From positions 176,452,001 to 176,516,000 of the forward strand of contig OX597817.1 of the NCBI GenBank assembly GCA_951406725.2: a stretch of DNA of 64,000 nucleotides. Reading direction: 5' to 3'. Origin of the DNA: Octopus vulgaris (Eukaryota). The notes beneath the pieces are model-generated. The model was not told the origin of the DNA, searched no databases, and saw only the letters and a list, made by a program, of their open reading frames with translations. Position numbers and translations under genes: made by a program. Shown one piece after another: positions 25,827-38,439 of this stretch; the first letter of the stretch is position 1; each line of letters opens with the position of its first letter.

Positions 25827-28405
25827 CCTTAAAATCCTTAAAAATGTTTTAGCCCGAAGGCCGCGGCCATGCTGGGGCACCACCGCTGAATGAGCTACAC
25901 TAGTTTGTGAATCCACCTCTGATACGTGGCACTTGATCAACAAGGGAGTTCGATGCTGCTGCCCGCATCCGTGTCTCCTGTCGTGAGGTAGGTTCATCTG
26001 GGACTCCCAACAAGAAGAGATCCAGTTTAGTTTTAAAGAAACCCACATCCACACCATGTAAGTCTCTCAGGCATTTAGGGAGGATGTTAAAGAGCTGTGG
26101 TCCTCTGAAACCCAAGCTGTTGCAGTATCTGGACCTGTATTTTGATGGTGATGTTGGAATCCTTGGCACCACGCAGCGGCGCCCCGTTCTGCGGTTGGAG
26201 TAACTTTGAATGCCAAAGTTTGGGACAAGACCCTCCAGGATTTTCCAGATGTATATCACTGCATATCTCTCCGCCTCCGCTCCAGGGAGAAGAGGTTTAA
26301 TACCTTCAGTCTTTCCCAGTAGCTGACATTTTGCATTGAGACGATTTTCTTTGTGTAGCTTCTCTGAGTTGCTTCGAGTTCTGCTGTTTGTTTTATATTG
26401 TGTGGTGACCAAAGTTGGGAGCAGTAGTCCAAGCGGCTGAGGACAAATGTTTTCCATAGGACCATCAGTGTCTCCTTCTCTCTTGTTCTGAAAGTTCGGA
26501 GAATCCATCCAGCTAGCCGTCTGCATTTTATCACCAGATTAGCAATATGCATTTGGAAAGATGCATCATTGCTCATGTCAATGCCCAGGTCACGCACTGA
26601 TTTTGACTCAGGGATTGCAATTCTTCCTGGGCCAGTGTATCCAGTCTTCACGTCATTTACCTTTGTGTGCCAGTAGCGCAGGGCCTGGAACTTACCTGCA
26701 TTAAACTGCATGTTGTTGTCCTCAGCCCACCTGTATATTGTGTCCAGCTCATGTTGCAGATGCGCAATATTTTCAGGGTTTTGTATTGCGTGGGAGACTT
26801 TTGTGTCATCTGCATAGCTAGCAAGGGTGGTCATCGTAGCAACTGAAGGCATGTCTGAAAGGGCCACTATGAACATCAGTGGCCCCAAGACAGTGCCCTG
26901 TGGGACACCGCTTGTTATTTGCGTTTCCCTGGAGGTGGCTCCATTGCTCACAACTGCCTGTTTTCTGTCTTTTAGGAAGTTGTGCAGCCACTCTCCAAGT
27001 TTCCCGCCTATGCCGAGACCACGCAGTTTGTGACAGATCATACCATGGTCGACTTTATCAAAGGCTTTTGCAAAGTCAAGATATATTACATCCACATTTG
27101 AGCCATTTAGTAGCTGTTTCAACACCCAGTCATAGTGTTGCAGGAGCTGTGTTAGGCAGCCTCTACCTGGTCGAAATCCATGCTGGGTGTCAGACAGTAA
27201 GTCATTTTCTTCAAGGAACATGATTAGTTTCTTACGGACTATTCGTTCCATGACTTTGCTGATGTGTGAGGTCAGAGAGATAGGCCTATAATTTTTAGCA
27301 TCTGCTCTGCTACCTCCCTTATGGATAGGGCATATTACCCCCTCTTTCAGTTTGACTGGGAGCTTACCACTTGCAAGAAAGCTCTGAAAAAGAAGCTGTA
27401 GCGGTTTTGCAAGGGCTCGTTTGCATGATTTGAGAAGGATCGCTGGGAATCCATCAGGTCCAGCAGCTGAGTTTGTGTCAATCTCATCAATGGCTAGTGT
27501 GATATCATCTTCTTCGATGTTGATGTACTCAATTTTTGTCTCTTTGGCCGCTGGTAAAGTGGCAAAGAATTCTTCTGGGTTGTTTACTTGCCTGTGTCCT
27601 AGAGGTGTAGTGAACACACTTTGGAACTGTTCGTTCAGTATTTCACTTATCCTCGTGGGATTTCCTGTGAGAGAGCCATCTTTTTGGAAGAGAGGTCCTA
27701 TTCTCTGGTGCACTGTGGCTGTCTCTTTGGCAAACTTAAAGAAAGCTTTAGGGTTTGATTTTATATTTTCTATTACCCAAGCTTCTTTATCTGCTCTCTC
27801 CTTTTCATGGGACTGATGTAGACTTTTCTCAGTTTCCATTAGCATTCTTTCGAGCCGAGACTTCTCACCACTTTTGGTGTGCTTGCTCAGGCGGTTTGCA
27901 ATCCTTGTCCGTCGTCTCATAAGAATCCTCCTTTCTCTAGGGATCCTGTTTTTATTCTTGTGTGTGCTGGCCCTGCACATTGGGACATATTTGTCACATA
28001 TGGCTTGTATTATGGACATGAAGTGTTTGTGTTTCATGTTTATGTCCGGTGTGGAGAGACATTCAGGCCAATCCTGTTTGAGGATCTCTTTCTCAATCGA
28101 CTTCCAGTTGGCTTTATGAAAGTTTAAGTTGGAGAGATGGTGGGTGCTTCGTATAGGCTGTGTGTCTGCGGGGGCTTTTGTTCCATACATAGACAGCTCT
28201 ATTATGTTGTGATCCGAGATCATTGTCGGCATCACATTAACATTATGGATAATATCCATATTGTTTGTAAAGCAGAGATCCAGTATATTATCTGCCCTTG
28301 TTGGTTGCAGAACTATTTGCTCCATGAAAGAGGTATTTGTGAGATGGAGCAGGGACTCCACCTGTGCCTGCTGATGGTGTGTCATCCCTGGGAGCATCTG
28401 CCCCC

Positions 28406-28408
<3 letters not shown>
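25823..28408 (-). mobile_element. 5'-truncated CR1-group LINE (family B)
   Basis: ORF 26256-28397 (SGVPQGTVLGP, YADDTK) plus the frameshifted C-terminus 25900-26526. TTAAGGA-type tail. Confidence 0.93.
26256..28397 (-). CDS. LINE ORF2 (APE C-terminus and RT), 1-bp frameshift near the end
   Basis: 713-aa ORF with RT motifs. The paralog at 54390 has the extra C that restores RRRERY. Confidence 0.85.
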   Translation of the reverse strand: MLPGMTHHQQAQVESLLHLTNTSFMEQIVLQPTRADNILDLCFTNNMDIIHNVNVMPTMISDHNIIELSMYGTKAPADTQPIRSTHHLSNLNFHKANWKSIEKEILKQDWPECLSTPDINMKHKHFMSIIQAICDKYVPMCRASTHKNKNRIPRERRILMRRRTRIANRLSKHTKSGEKSRLERMLMETEKSLHQSHEKERADKEAWVIENIKSNPKAFFKFAKETATVHQRIGPLFQKDGSLTGNPTRISEILNEQFQSVFTTPLGHRQVNNPEEFFATLPAAKETKIEYINIEEDDITLAIDEIDTNSAAGPDGFPAILLKSCKRALAKPLQLLFQSFLASGKLPVKLKEGVICPIHKGGSRADAKNYRPISLTSHISKVMERIVRKKLIMFLEENDLLSDTQHGFRPGRGCLTQLLQHYDWVLKQLLNGSNVDVIYLDFAKAFDKVDHGMICHKLRGLGIGGKLGEWLHNFLKDRKQAVVSNGATSRETQITSGVPQGTVLGPLMFIVALSDMPSVATMTTLASYADDTKVSHAIQNPENIAHLQHELDTIYRWAEDNNMQFNAGKFQALRYWHTKVNDVKTGYTGPGRIAIPESKSVRDLGIDMSNDASFQMHIANLVIKCRRLAGWILRTFRTREKETLMVLWKTFVLSRLDYCSQLWSPHNIKQTAELEATQRSYTKKIVSMQNVSYWERLKVLNLFSLERRRRDMQ

Positions 28409-28452
<44 letters not shown>

Positions 28453-28625
28453 CACTGCGGAGAGATTTTTGAACACTGAGTATATATATATATATATATA
28501 TATCAACAATTAAGGAACGGCCATAATAGGCCATTCACCCACTAGAAATAACAGCCAAAGCTTCTACCGCAAATAAAGATTAATTCCGTAAACAGGAGAA
28601 AATTAAAAAAAACATTTACCCTGTA

Positions 28626-28732
28626 ATTTCTTGTACGGTATACCGTTTCATCTGCTGTTTAATGGTAAACTAACCTGATTAAATTAAATCAAGCCAATCT
28701 TCCATAAGCCCTCAGATTCTTCAGCAAGAAAT
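28626..28732 (-). ncRNA. Canonical type I hammerhead ribozyme (also ~29117-29225 and ~29610-29716)
   Basis: atttcttg CTGAAGA atctg...cagat GAAAC gg tata cc GTA caagaaat (8-bp stem I, 5-bp stem II base, 4-bp stem III). Confidence 0.9.
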
Positions 28733-30561
28733 AGCTCAAATCGGAACAGATATTTACACGAGGCATCTCCAACCCTGCCAAGGCAATATCTGACCTAAAA
28801 TTTTCAAATCGTCGCACTCGCGCCAAATTTATCGGCAGCAAATAAATATAAGCCGTCGATTCCATTACGGAACTAACCAAAAAATTCATAATTAATCAAT
28901 ATAGGGTGGCAAGAAAAATTTTGTAGAATTTTTTTGCCACCAGCGGCCTAGTGGGAAAAAATTAAATAGTCATAGACCATTTTTAAGTTCAACATCAACA
29001 ATTAAGGAACGGCCATAATAGGCCATTCACCTACTAGAAATAACAGCCAAAGCTTCTACCGCAAATAAAGATTAATTCCGTAAACAGGAGAAAATTAAAA
29101 AAACATTTACCCTGTAATTTCCTGTACGGTATATACCGTTTCATCTGCTGTTTAATGGTAAACTAACCTGATTAAATTAAATCAAGCCAATCTTCCATAA
29201 GCCCTCAGATTCTTCAGCAAGAAATAGCTCAAGTCGGAACAGATATTTACACGAGGCATCTCCAACCCTGCCAAGGCAATATCTGACCTAAAATTTTCAA
29301 ATCGTCGCACTCGCGCCAAATTTATCGGCAGCAAATAAATATAAGCCGTCGATTCCATTACGGAACTAACCAAAAAATTCATAATTAATCAATATAGGGT
29401 GGCAAGAAAAATTTTGTAGAATTTTTTTGCCACCAGCGGCCTAGTGGGAAAAAATTAAATAGTCATAGACCATTTTTAAGTTCAACATCAACAATTAAGG
29501 AACGGCCATAATAGGCCATTCACCCACTAGAAATAACAGCCAAAGCTTCTACCGCAAATAAAGATTAATTCCGTAAACAGGAGAAAATTAAAAAAACATT
29601 TACCCTGTAATTTCTTGTACGGTATACCGTTTCATCTGCTGTTTAATGGTAAACTAACCTGATTAAATTAAATCAAGCCAATCTTCCATAAGCCCTCAGA
29701 TTCTTCAGCAAGAAATAGCTCAAGTCGGAACAGATATTTACACGAGGCATCTCCAACCCTGCCAAGGCAATATCTGACCTAAAATTTTCAAATCGTCGCA
29801 CTCGCGCCAAATTTATCGGCAGCAAATAAATATAAGCCGTCGATTCCATTACGGAACTAACCAAAAAATTCATAATTAATCAATATAGGGTGGCAAGAAA
29901 AATTTTGTAGAATTTTTTTGCCACCAGCGGCCTAGTGGGAAAAAATTAAATAGTCATAGACCATTTTTAAGTTCAACATCAACAATTAAGGAACGGCCAT
30001 AATAGGCCATTCACCCACTAGAAATAACAGCCAAAGCTTCTACCGCAAATAAAGATTAATTCCGTAAACAGGAGAAAATTAAAGAATCTGAGGGCTTATG
30101 GAAGATTGGCTTGATTTAATTTAATCAGGTTAGTTTACCATTAAACAGCAGATGAAACGGTATACCGTACAAGAAATTACAGGGTAAATGTTTTTTTAAT
30201 TTTCTCCTGTTTACGGAATTAATCTTTATTTGCGGTAGAAGCTTTGGCTGTTATTTCTAGTGGGTGAATGGCCTATTATGGCCGTTCCTTAATTGTTGAT
30301 GTTGAACTTAAAAATGGTCTATGACTATTTAATTTTTTCCCACTAGGCCGCTGGTGGCAAAAAAATTCTACAAAATTTTTCTTGCCACCCTATATTGATT
30401 AATTATGAATTTTTTGGTTAGTTCCGTAATGGAATCGACGGCTTATATTTATTTGCTGCCGATAAATTTGGCGCGAGTGCGACGATTTGAAAATTTTAGG
30501 TCAGATATTGCCTTGGCAGGGTTGGAGATGCCTCGTGTAAATATCTGTTCCGACTTGAGCT

Positions 30562-30668
30562 ATTTCTTGCTGAAGAATTTGAGGGCTTATGGAAGATTGG
30601 CTTGATTTAATTTAATCAGGTTAGTTTACCATTAAACAGCAGATGAAACGGTATACCGTACAAGAAAT
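30562..30668 (+). ncRNA. Type I hammerhead ribozyme (inverted-arm copy)
   Basis: Same motif, with stem II atttg/cagat (G-U pair). Confidence 0.88.
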
Positions 30669-30916
30669 TACAGGGTAAATGTTTTTTTAATTTTCTCCTG
30701 TTTACGGAATTAATCTTTATTTGCGGTAGAAGCTTTGGCTGTTATTTCTAGTGGGTGAATGGCCTATTATGGCCGTTCCTTAATTGTTGATGTTGAACTT
30801 AAAAATGGTCTATGACTATTTAATTTTTTCCCACTAGGCCGCTGGTGGCAAAAAAATTCTACAAAATTTTTCTTGCCACCCTATATTGATTAAATATATA
30901 TATATATATATATATA

Positions 30917-33900
30917 TACTTTGATACTTTGATAGGTTTCGGCCATTATTGGCCCAGGCCATGTCTAACTTAATAGCACCACCTGGTGAAGTCTTTCAAG
31001 TCAGAATTTGGGCACTATGGCCCACTCAAGTAGAGAGTTATTGTTTACAGAGACATATCCGGGTGTCGGGGGTTTATCCGGGATTTCTTGAAGGAATCTG
31101 TCCAAAGACTTCTTGAACCCTATAGGGTCAGTTTCTGTTTTAATGTGTTTTGGTGTAATGTTAAAGAGAGCGGGGCCAATTGAGGTGAAATAATTGTGCC
31201 GTATTGTTGTTATGAGATGAGAGTGCGATTTTTGTTTTGGGCGGATGGCACGGGGCCCAAGCCTTGGATGTACCTTAAAGGTGATGCCAACATCATTTGG
31301 GCAATGCTGATGGAATATTTTCTACATCATGCAGATGATGTAGCGCTCACGACGACGTTGGAGAGAATAGAGTTTTAGCTTTTCTAGTCGACCCCAATAG
31401 TCGAGGCCTGTCATGCCATCTATCTTTTTTGTGATTGCCCTTTGAGGTGCTTCAACTTTTATGATACCTTGTATTGTGTGGGGAGACCACAGTGGAAAAC
31501 AGTATTCAAGGTGGGGTCGGGCAAAAGTGGAGAAGAGAAGGATAATGGTGTGGATATCTCTCGACTGGAAAGTTCTGAGAATCCAGGAACACATTCTGCG
31601 GGCCATGTCAACTTTGGTGTTTATATGAGTGGCCCAGCTTACGTTGTTGTCCACAATTACTCCCAAGTCTCTGATGTTGTTGGACGCCGCGAGAGTTTCA
31701 CCTGAAGGAAGGGAGTATGGGAGTTTCAGGGCATCCTCTTTTCCAAAGTGGATTAGCTCAAATTTATCCTCGTTCAGCAGCATATTGTTTTTTTCTGACC
31801 ATTGGATAACAGCCAGTAGATCTGACTGAAGGCATGTCCGGTCACTCGCCTCATTTATGACCTTCTGTAGCTTGGAGTCATCTGCAAAGATTTTTATGTT
31901 GCTGTGCTTGATGATGTCATTAATGTCATTAATGTAAATGATGAAAAGAAGTGGGCCCAGCACAGTGCCTTGCGGAACGCCACTACTGACTTTGGCTGGG
32001 CTTGATTTTACCCCTTCAACTACAACATGTTGAGATCTGTCTGTCAGAAAACACTTGATCCATTTCAGTAACTTTCCAGAGACACCAATGTGGGATAGTT
32101 TTTTCAATAGGATCTTGTGATCGACCCTGTCGAAGGCCTTACTGAAATCAAGGTAGATGACATCGGTGTTGGAGCCCTCTCCCAAAGCTCTCAAAATGTC
32201 CTCAAAGTGATGCAGGAGCTGCGTCAGGCAGTCCCTTCCATTACGGAACCCATGTTGGTTGGAGATCAGCCGTCTGTTGCTTTCCAGAAATTGGGTTATT
32301 CGAGATCTCACCACCCTCTCAAATACCTTGATGATATGAGAGGTGAGTGAGATCGGACGGTAATTCACTGCAAGGGACTTGTTTCCCTTTTTGAAAACTG
32401 GGACAACAGACTGGGACAGAAGGTTTTTTGGAATATAGCCAGCATCCAGTGAGTTTCTCCACAGATTAGCAAGGGGAGGTGCAAGTTGGTGTCGACACAC
32501 CTTCAGGACACAAGCAGGGAACCTATCGGGGCCTACTGCTGAATTGTGTTTTATTTCGTTTATCGCCGCTAAGACATCAGGGGCACTAAACGTTATGTCC
32601 GATATAGTGTGTTGGGGGTTGACATCACTGATACAGCCCAGATCGGCCATATCAGGATTGCTGAAAATAGAGCAGTATTGTTTCTGCAGTATCTCGGCCA
32701 TGGATTTGGTATTATCTTGGAGAGTGCCAGTTTCGTCAATTAGAGGGCCTACAGTGGAGACAGTGACCCTGCGTTTCCTCGCAAATGAAAAGAACACTTT
32801 GGGGTTGAGTTCGATTTTTTCAATGGCCCACTTCTCCTCAGCTGATCTTTGGTTATTGATGAGGGTCTTCATGCATTGTTGGAGGTTATATTTTTTGGAT
32901 TCAAGCAGTGCGATAGCCGTCGAATGTGTGTGTTGCTGTTGGCAGTACTTTAGTTTGTTAATTTTTTTGTTTGTTCTTTTTATTTTTCTGATAATGGTTT
33001 TTCTGTTTTGGGGGATTCTGCACTTTTTGTTCACAGGTCTTGGTGGGGAGTGTTTTGCACATATGTCTGTGACGGTGTCTACAAAGATCTGCCAAGATGT
33101 TTTATGGTTGGTGGAGATGTGTGTATGTGTAAAGGACCAGTCAACATGTGTTAGCTCGTTCCTGATTGCATCCCAGTTGGCTTTATGGAGATACATGTTG
33201 TCAAATGGGTGGGCTGGAGGAAGGTCACTAGGATTAGCTTTCGGCTGGTGGAATTTCATGTTACAGAGAACCATGTCATGGTCTGAAAGAAGGGTTTTTT
33301 CCACTGTAACGTTATGTATAGTGTTAGTGTGGTTACTAAACACTAGGTCCAAAATGTTCTGATGTCTTGTTGGTGCAAGGACAAGTTGGGACAAGAAAAA
33401 CTCATTCGTAAAGTCGAAAAGTGACTCTGCTGCTTCTTTGTCAGCGGTTGAGGCGGGAGTGCTTGGTTTCAAACAGTTTGTAGTCCAGTCAACACAGGGT
33501 AGATTGAAGTCTCCCATCATGAGTATGTTGCTAGAATGGCATTGTTGAATAAAGCACTTAATGCTGTTGAGGCATTCTTTAAAGCACAGTATGGGTGTTT
33601 GGGGCGGCCTATAGAGCCCAATTACTGTCAGGTCATTGGCTTTGTTGTGCACGGTGACTGATTCACAGTAGCCGTTGGAGAATATACTATTTCCATCTGC
33701 CGTAAATGAATCATGCAGGAAAATGGCAGTTCCACCCTTCCTCCTGCCGATACGATCCGCGCGGATGGTTGTGAAATTCTTCACTCTCACTTCGGCTTCC
33801 AAGTGGGAGTTGTCAAGGTGGGTCTCAGTGAGAATGAAGAAAGGGATGTGGTGTGAATGGCTACCAACCCAGTCTTCAATGAATTGGACCTTCCATTTTT

Positions 33901-33925
33901 GTGCATTGATGGAAGGGCTGACACC
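30917..33925 (-). mobile_element. CR1-group LINE (family C), nearly complete ORF2
   Basis: ORF 31322-33958: APE (LTETHL, GDFNLP, SDHD) and RT (FADDSK), with a TGG>TAG stop near the end. (TATCAAAG)n tail. Confidence 0.93.
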
Positions 33926-34034
33926 ATATATATATATGTATATATATATAAAATTCACTGTAGAGAGACTTTTTGAATACTGTGTAAATATATATATATA
34001 TAAAATTCACTGTGGAGAGACATTTTAAACACTG

Positions 34035-34129
<95 letters not shown>

Positions 34130-34132
<3 letters not shown>

Positions 34133-34775
34133 AAATAGAAAGATGAATAATCTTGTAGTAGATTAATCAAAAGTTTAACCGATACCTTAGTAGCAAAAAC
34201 CACAGCAGTAAACAGCACGGTTGGAGGTACAACCATCTGGCGTTGCAACCGTGCGTTGGTGCGGATAATTGAAATTAAAACATTATTGGTGAATTGAAGA
34301 AATGGAGCTGAACGCAGATTGAACAGAAATCGTTTTATTTCATTCTACACGTGTTTCGAAAGGCACAAATTACCAAAATCCGATTGAATAATGGGACCAT
34401 ATTGTGTCTTTCTCTTCAGGAAGAAAAAAGGAAGTCCGTTGGAAAAACAAAAACAGAACAGAGGCGGAGCAAAAACAAATCGAACTATGCTCCTAAGAGC
34501 CCATGGCGAAACTCTCCATGGGCTCATGGCGAGCCCATGGCGAAACTCGCCATGGGCTCTTAGGAGCATAGTTCGATTTGTTTTTGCTCCGCCTCTGTTC
34601 TGTTTTTGTTTTTCCAACGGACTTCCTTTTTTCTTCCTGAAGAGAAAGACACAATATGGTCCCATTATTCAATCGGGTTTTAGTAATTTGTGCCTTTCGA
34701 AACACGTGTAGAATGAAATAAAACGATTTCTGTTCAATCTGCGTTCAGCTCCATTTCTTCAATTCACCAATAATG

Positions 34776-34777
<2 letters not shown>
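34130..34777 (-). mobile_element. Hammerhead-bearing non-coding element folded back into a ~495-bp near-perfect palindrome
   Basis: 34283-34776 is self-complementary around ~34528. It is related to 39024-39250 and 52546-53048. Confidence 0.85.
34630..34718 (+). ncRNA. Type I hammerhead ribozyme (mirror copy on minus ~34338-34426)
   Basis: ttc CTGAAGA gaaag acacaa...ttgtgc ctttc GAAAC acgt GTA gaa. Confidence 0.82.
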
Positions 34778-34830
<53 letters not shown>

Positions 34831-34852
34831 GAGAGACTTTTTGTACACCGTG

Positions 34853-34883
<31 letters not shown>

Positions 34884-34972
34884 CACTGTGGAGATACTTT
34901 TTGAAGACTGTATATATATATAGATAAGAAAGTTGGTTTGTGAAAGCACGTGGGTGAATATATAGAAAATAG

Positions 34973-35818
34973 AACATATAGAGGATAGTTGGGGGTTGTT
35001 CGTGGGTTGTTTGGTTTTTCTTTTTTATGTTTTGTAATTTTCTTAAGGAAGGGATTATTTGTACCCAATTCATTTTTGAAAGTTGCACTATATTTTTGGA
35101 AGAAGTCCATGTTTTTCTCCCAGCGCAGGAGATAATTTCTCTCTTCTTTTTCACAGGTATCCTTCCAATGATCCAATGTATTTTCGAGGGGTTGTCCCTC
35201 GGTATGTTTCAGTATTATATTGTGCATCTCCTCGTCCATGCTTTTAAATTTTTCCTCATTTGTGGAGGACCTTAGTCTTAGAAGCTCTATTTCTGATCTA
35301 AAATTGAACAGAGCTGACTTTTCCCTAATAGTTCTCTGTCCGTCAGGCTCGTTAGGAATTAATTTTATCTGGAATTTGCGTGGGAGGATAATTGGTGTTG
35401 AGTTCATCCATCCCTCGTAAATATCTGCTTTGTTGGAATTTTTTATCATGTTCCAGAAGGTGAGTTTTCTGTTGTGCAGGTTTGTATTCCAAATGTTTCC
35501 TATTTTTCTTTTTGCTGGGTTAATTTGGGTGCGTATGATGTCCTGCTGTCTTTCATTTGGTGCGTGTGTATTATTTTCGGATTTGTTGATGAAAATTGAA
35601 TTTAGTGTTGTGTATAACAGTTGCAAATCCTTACTAACCTGGTCAGTGTAGCGAGTTGTATCTGCATTGCTTTTACTTTCCCGGGCGAGTAGGTTTGATT
35701 CCTCGATTTTGTTGTTCAGGTTAAAAAGCTGTGTATTAATATTTTTCAGTTCTTTGAGTATGTCCTCATTTAAGGTTTTATCCGAGGTGTTGGTCTTCTG
35801 TGGCATTTTCGGTCTCAC
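34973..35818 (-). CDS. PLE ORF1-like helical protein, uninterrupted N-terminal ~280 aa
   Basis: Part of ORF 34883-35818, with clear similarity to the 16609-18488 pieces. Confidence 0.7.
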
Positions 35819-36005
35819 GTGTTTAATATATAGATAAGAAAGTTGGTTTGTGAAAGCACGTGGGTGAATATATAGAAAATAGTAAAGAGTGAAAAAACGA
35901 CAGAAGGCTTAAATGTTAAAAAATATATATATTTGCGTCAATATGTCTGAAGAATATTAGAAAATTTAAAAAAAAAATTTTTTTCTCTTATAATGACATA
36001 ATTAA

Positions 36006-36044
36006 AAGAAAGACCGGTTTCGCGTGTAGCTTTTCAAATTTCTT
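36006..36044 (-). ncRNA. Minimal hammerhead, U3-A8 variant
   Basis: aagaaa t TTGAAAA gc tacac gc GAAA ccgg TC tttctt. Confidence 0.6.
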
Positions 36045-36328
36045 GTGACGTTATGTTTATCTTGAATAGAGTTATCGTTGTGTTTATGTTCCAGAGAGTT
36101 CTAAATAAGGGGAGGTAGTGGGTGATTTCTTCCGGTGTAAGGGAGATAATCGCTTTAAACATTTTTTCCTTTCTCTTGATGTGAATTTCTCTGTATCAGT
36201 ATGTTCGGATGGGTGAGTCTGGGCTTGTACTTTTCAATGAAGAATGTTTCCGCAAAAATATATATTTGTTGACGCAAATATATATATTTTTTAACATTTA
36301 AGCCTTCTGTCGTTTTTTCACTCTTTAC

Positions 36329-36442
<114 letters not shown>

Positions 36443-36599
36443 CTCACTGTGGAGAAATTTTTGAACATTGTGTATATATAAATATATAAAATTCACAGTG
36501 GAGAGATATTGTGAACACTGAGTGTATCTATCTATATACACATATATATAAATATATATATATATATATAAAATTCACTGTGGAGAGACTTTTTAACAA

Positions 36600-36652
<53 letters not shown>

Positions 36653-36792
36653 TACTGTGGAGAGATTTTTGAACACTGTGTGTATATATATATATAAAAT
36701 TCACTATAGAGAGACTTTTTGTACACTGTGTATATATATATATATATATATATACATATATAATATTCACTGTGGAGAGACATTTTAAAGAT

Positions 36793-36826
<34 letters not shown>

Positions 36827-36830
<4 letters not shown>

Positions 36831-37390
36831 TTAGATAAAACTTAGATATGTTTCGACCAGAGATTGGTCCAGGCCATGTCTAACTTAATAGCACCACCTG
36901 ATAGGATTATTAGAATCCTGTTTAAGTCAAGTTTTGTTCAAGTAGTGAGTTCTTGTTGGGTGAGTTGTATCCAATTATGGGTGGCTTATCTGGTATTCTT
37001 TGAAGGAATCTATCCAGACTCTGTTTAAAGTTGATGGGATCCTTTTCCTCTTTGATCTCCCTCGGGACAATGTTAAATAGGGCAGGGCCTGTTGAGGAAA
37101 AGAAATTATGTTGCAGTGTACATGTATGTTGTGATCTTGAATTTGGCAGGGGACGTATAGCCCGTGGTCCAAGTCTTGGATGGACCTTGAAGCTAATGTT
37201 TAGGTCGTTTGGACAAAGACATTTTTGAACATTGTGTATATATATATATAAAAACTTAACTGTGGAGAGAATTTTTGAACAATGTGTGTATATATATATA
37301 TAGAATTCACTATAGAGAGACTTTTTGTACACTGTGTATATATATATATATACATATATAATATTCACTGTGGAGAGACATTTTAAAGAT

Positions 37391-37430
<40 letters not shown>

Positions 37431-37860
37431 TTAGATAAAACTTAGATATATTTCGACCAGAGATTGGTCCAGGCCATGTCTAACTTAATAGCACCACCGG
37501 ATAGGATTATTAGAATCCTGTTTAAGTCAAGTTTTGTTCAAGTAGTGAGTTCTTGTTGGGTGAGTTGTATCCAGTTTTGTTCAAGTAGTGAGTTCTTGTT
37601 GGGTGAGTTGTATCCAATTATGGGTGGCTTATCTGGTATTCTTTGAAGGAATCTATCCAGACTCTGTTTAAAGTTGATGGGATCCTTTTCCTCTTTGATC
37701 TCCTTCGGGACAATGTTAAATAGGGCAGGGCCTGTTGAGGAAAAGAAATTATGTTGCAGTGTACATGTATGTTGTGATCTTGAATTTGGCAGGGGACGTA
37801 TAGCCCGTGGTCCAAGTCTTGGATGGACCTTGAAGCTAATGTTTAGGTCGTTTGGACAAA
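36827..37860 (-). mobile_element. Two tandemly duplicated 3' fragments of CR1 family D (36827-37218 and 37427-37860) with intervening array units
   Basis: Both copies have the same junctions. The second has an extra ~43-bp internal duplication. Confidence 0.9.
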
Positions 37861-37987
37861 GAAATTTTTGAACATTGTGTATATATATATATATAAAAAC
37901 TTAACTGTGGAGAGAATTTTTGAACACTGTGTGTATATATATATATATAAAATTCACTGTGGACAGACTTTCTGAACACTGTGTGTA

Positions 37988-38067
<80 letters not shown>

Positions 38068-38115
38068 CACTGTGGAGATACATTGTGAACACTGTGTGTA
38101 TCTTTCTATATATAT

Positions 38116-38151
38116 ATAGATATGTTTCGACCAAGGATTGGTCCAGGCCAT
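38116..38151 (-). mobile_element. ~35-bp terminal stub of CR1 family D
   Basis: gatatgtttcgaccaaggattggtccaggcca is the reverse complement of the family D 3' stem-loop. Confidence 0.75.
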
Positions 38152-38293
38152 ATATATAATATTCACTGTGGAGAGCCGTTTTGAACACTGTGTGTATACA
38201 TATATATTTATATAATATTCACTGTGGAGAGAATTTTTGAACACTCTGTGCATATATATATACATAAGTCACTGTGGAGAGACTTTCTGGACA

Positions 38294-38335
<42 letters not shown>

Positions 38336-38439
38336 CACTGTGGAGAGACTTTTTGAACATTGTGTGTATATATATATATATAAAATTCACTCTGGAGAGA
38401 CTTTTTGAACACTGTGTATATCTATATCTATCTATATAA

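Larger units (their letters stand above)
28502..30892 (-). mobile_element. Tandem ~491-bp hammerhead monomers (3.2 copies minus, then ~1.6 inverted copies): retrozyme-like
   Basis: Monomers start at about 28502, 28994, 29487 and 29978, with an orientation switch near 30083. Copies are near-identical and flanked by (TA)n. Confidence 0.9.

Noticed and set aside
28689-30605. 66-aa ORF repeated four times
   Set aside because: It repeats only because the monomer does, has a non-ATG start and no recognisable motif, and overlaps the ribozyme core.
32544-33362. Long antisense ORFs within LINEs (also 40068-40730)
   Set aside because: They are antisense shadows of ORF2 with no independent support.
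34345-34711. 106-aa ORFs on both strands
   Set aside because: They are a by-product of the palindrome, with no protein similarity that I recognise.
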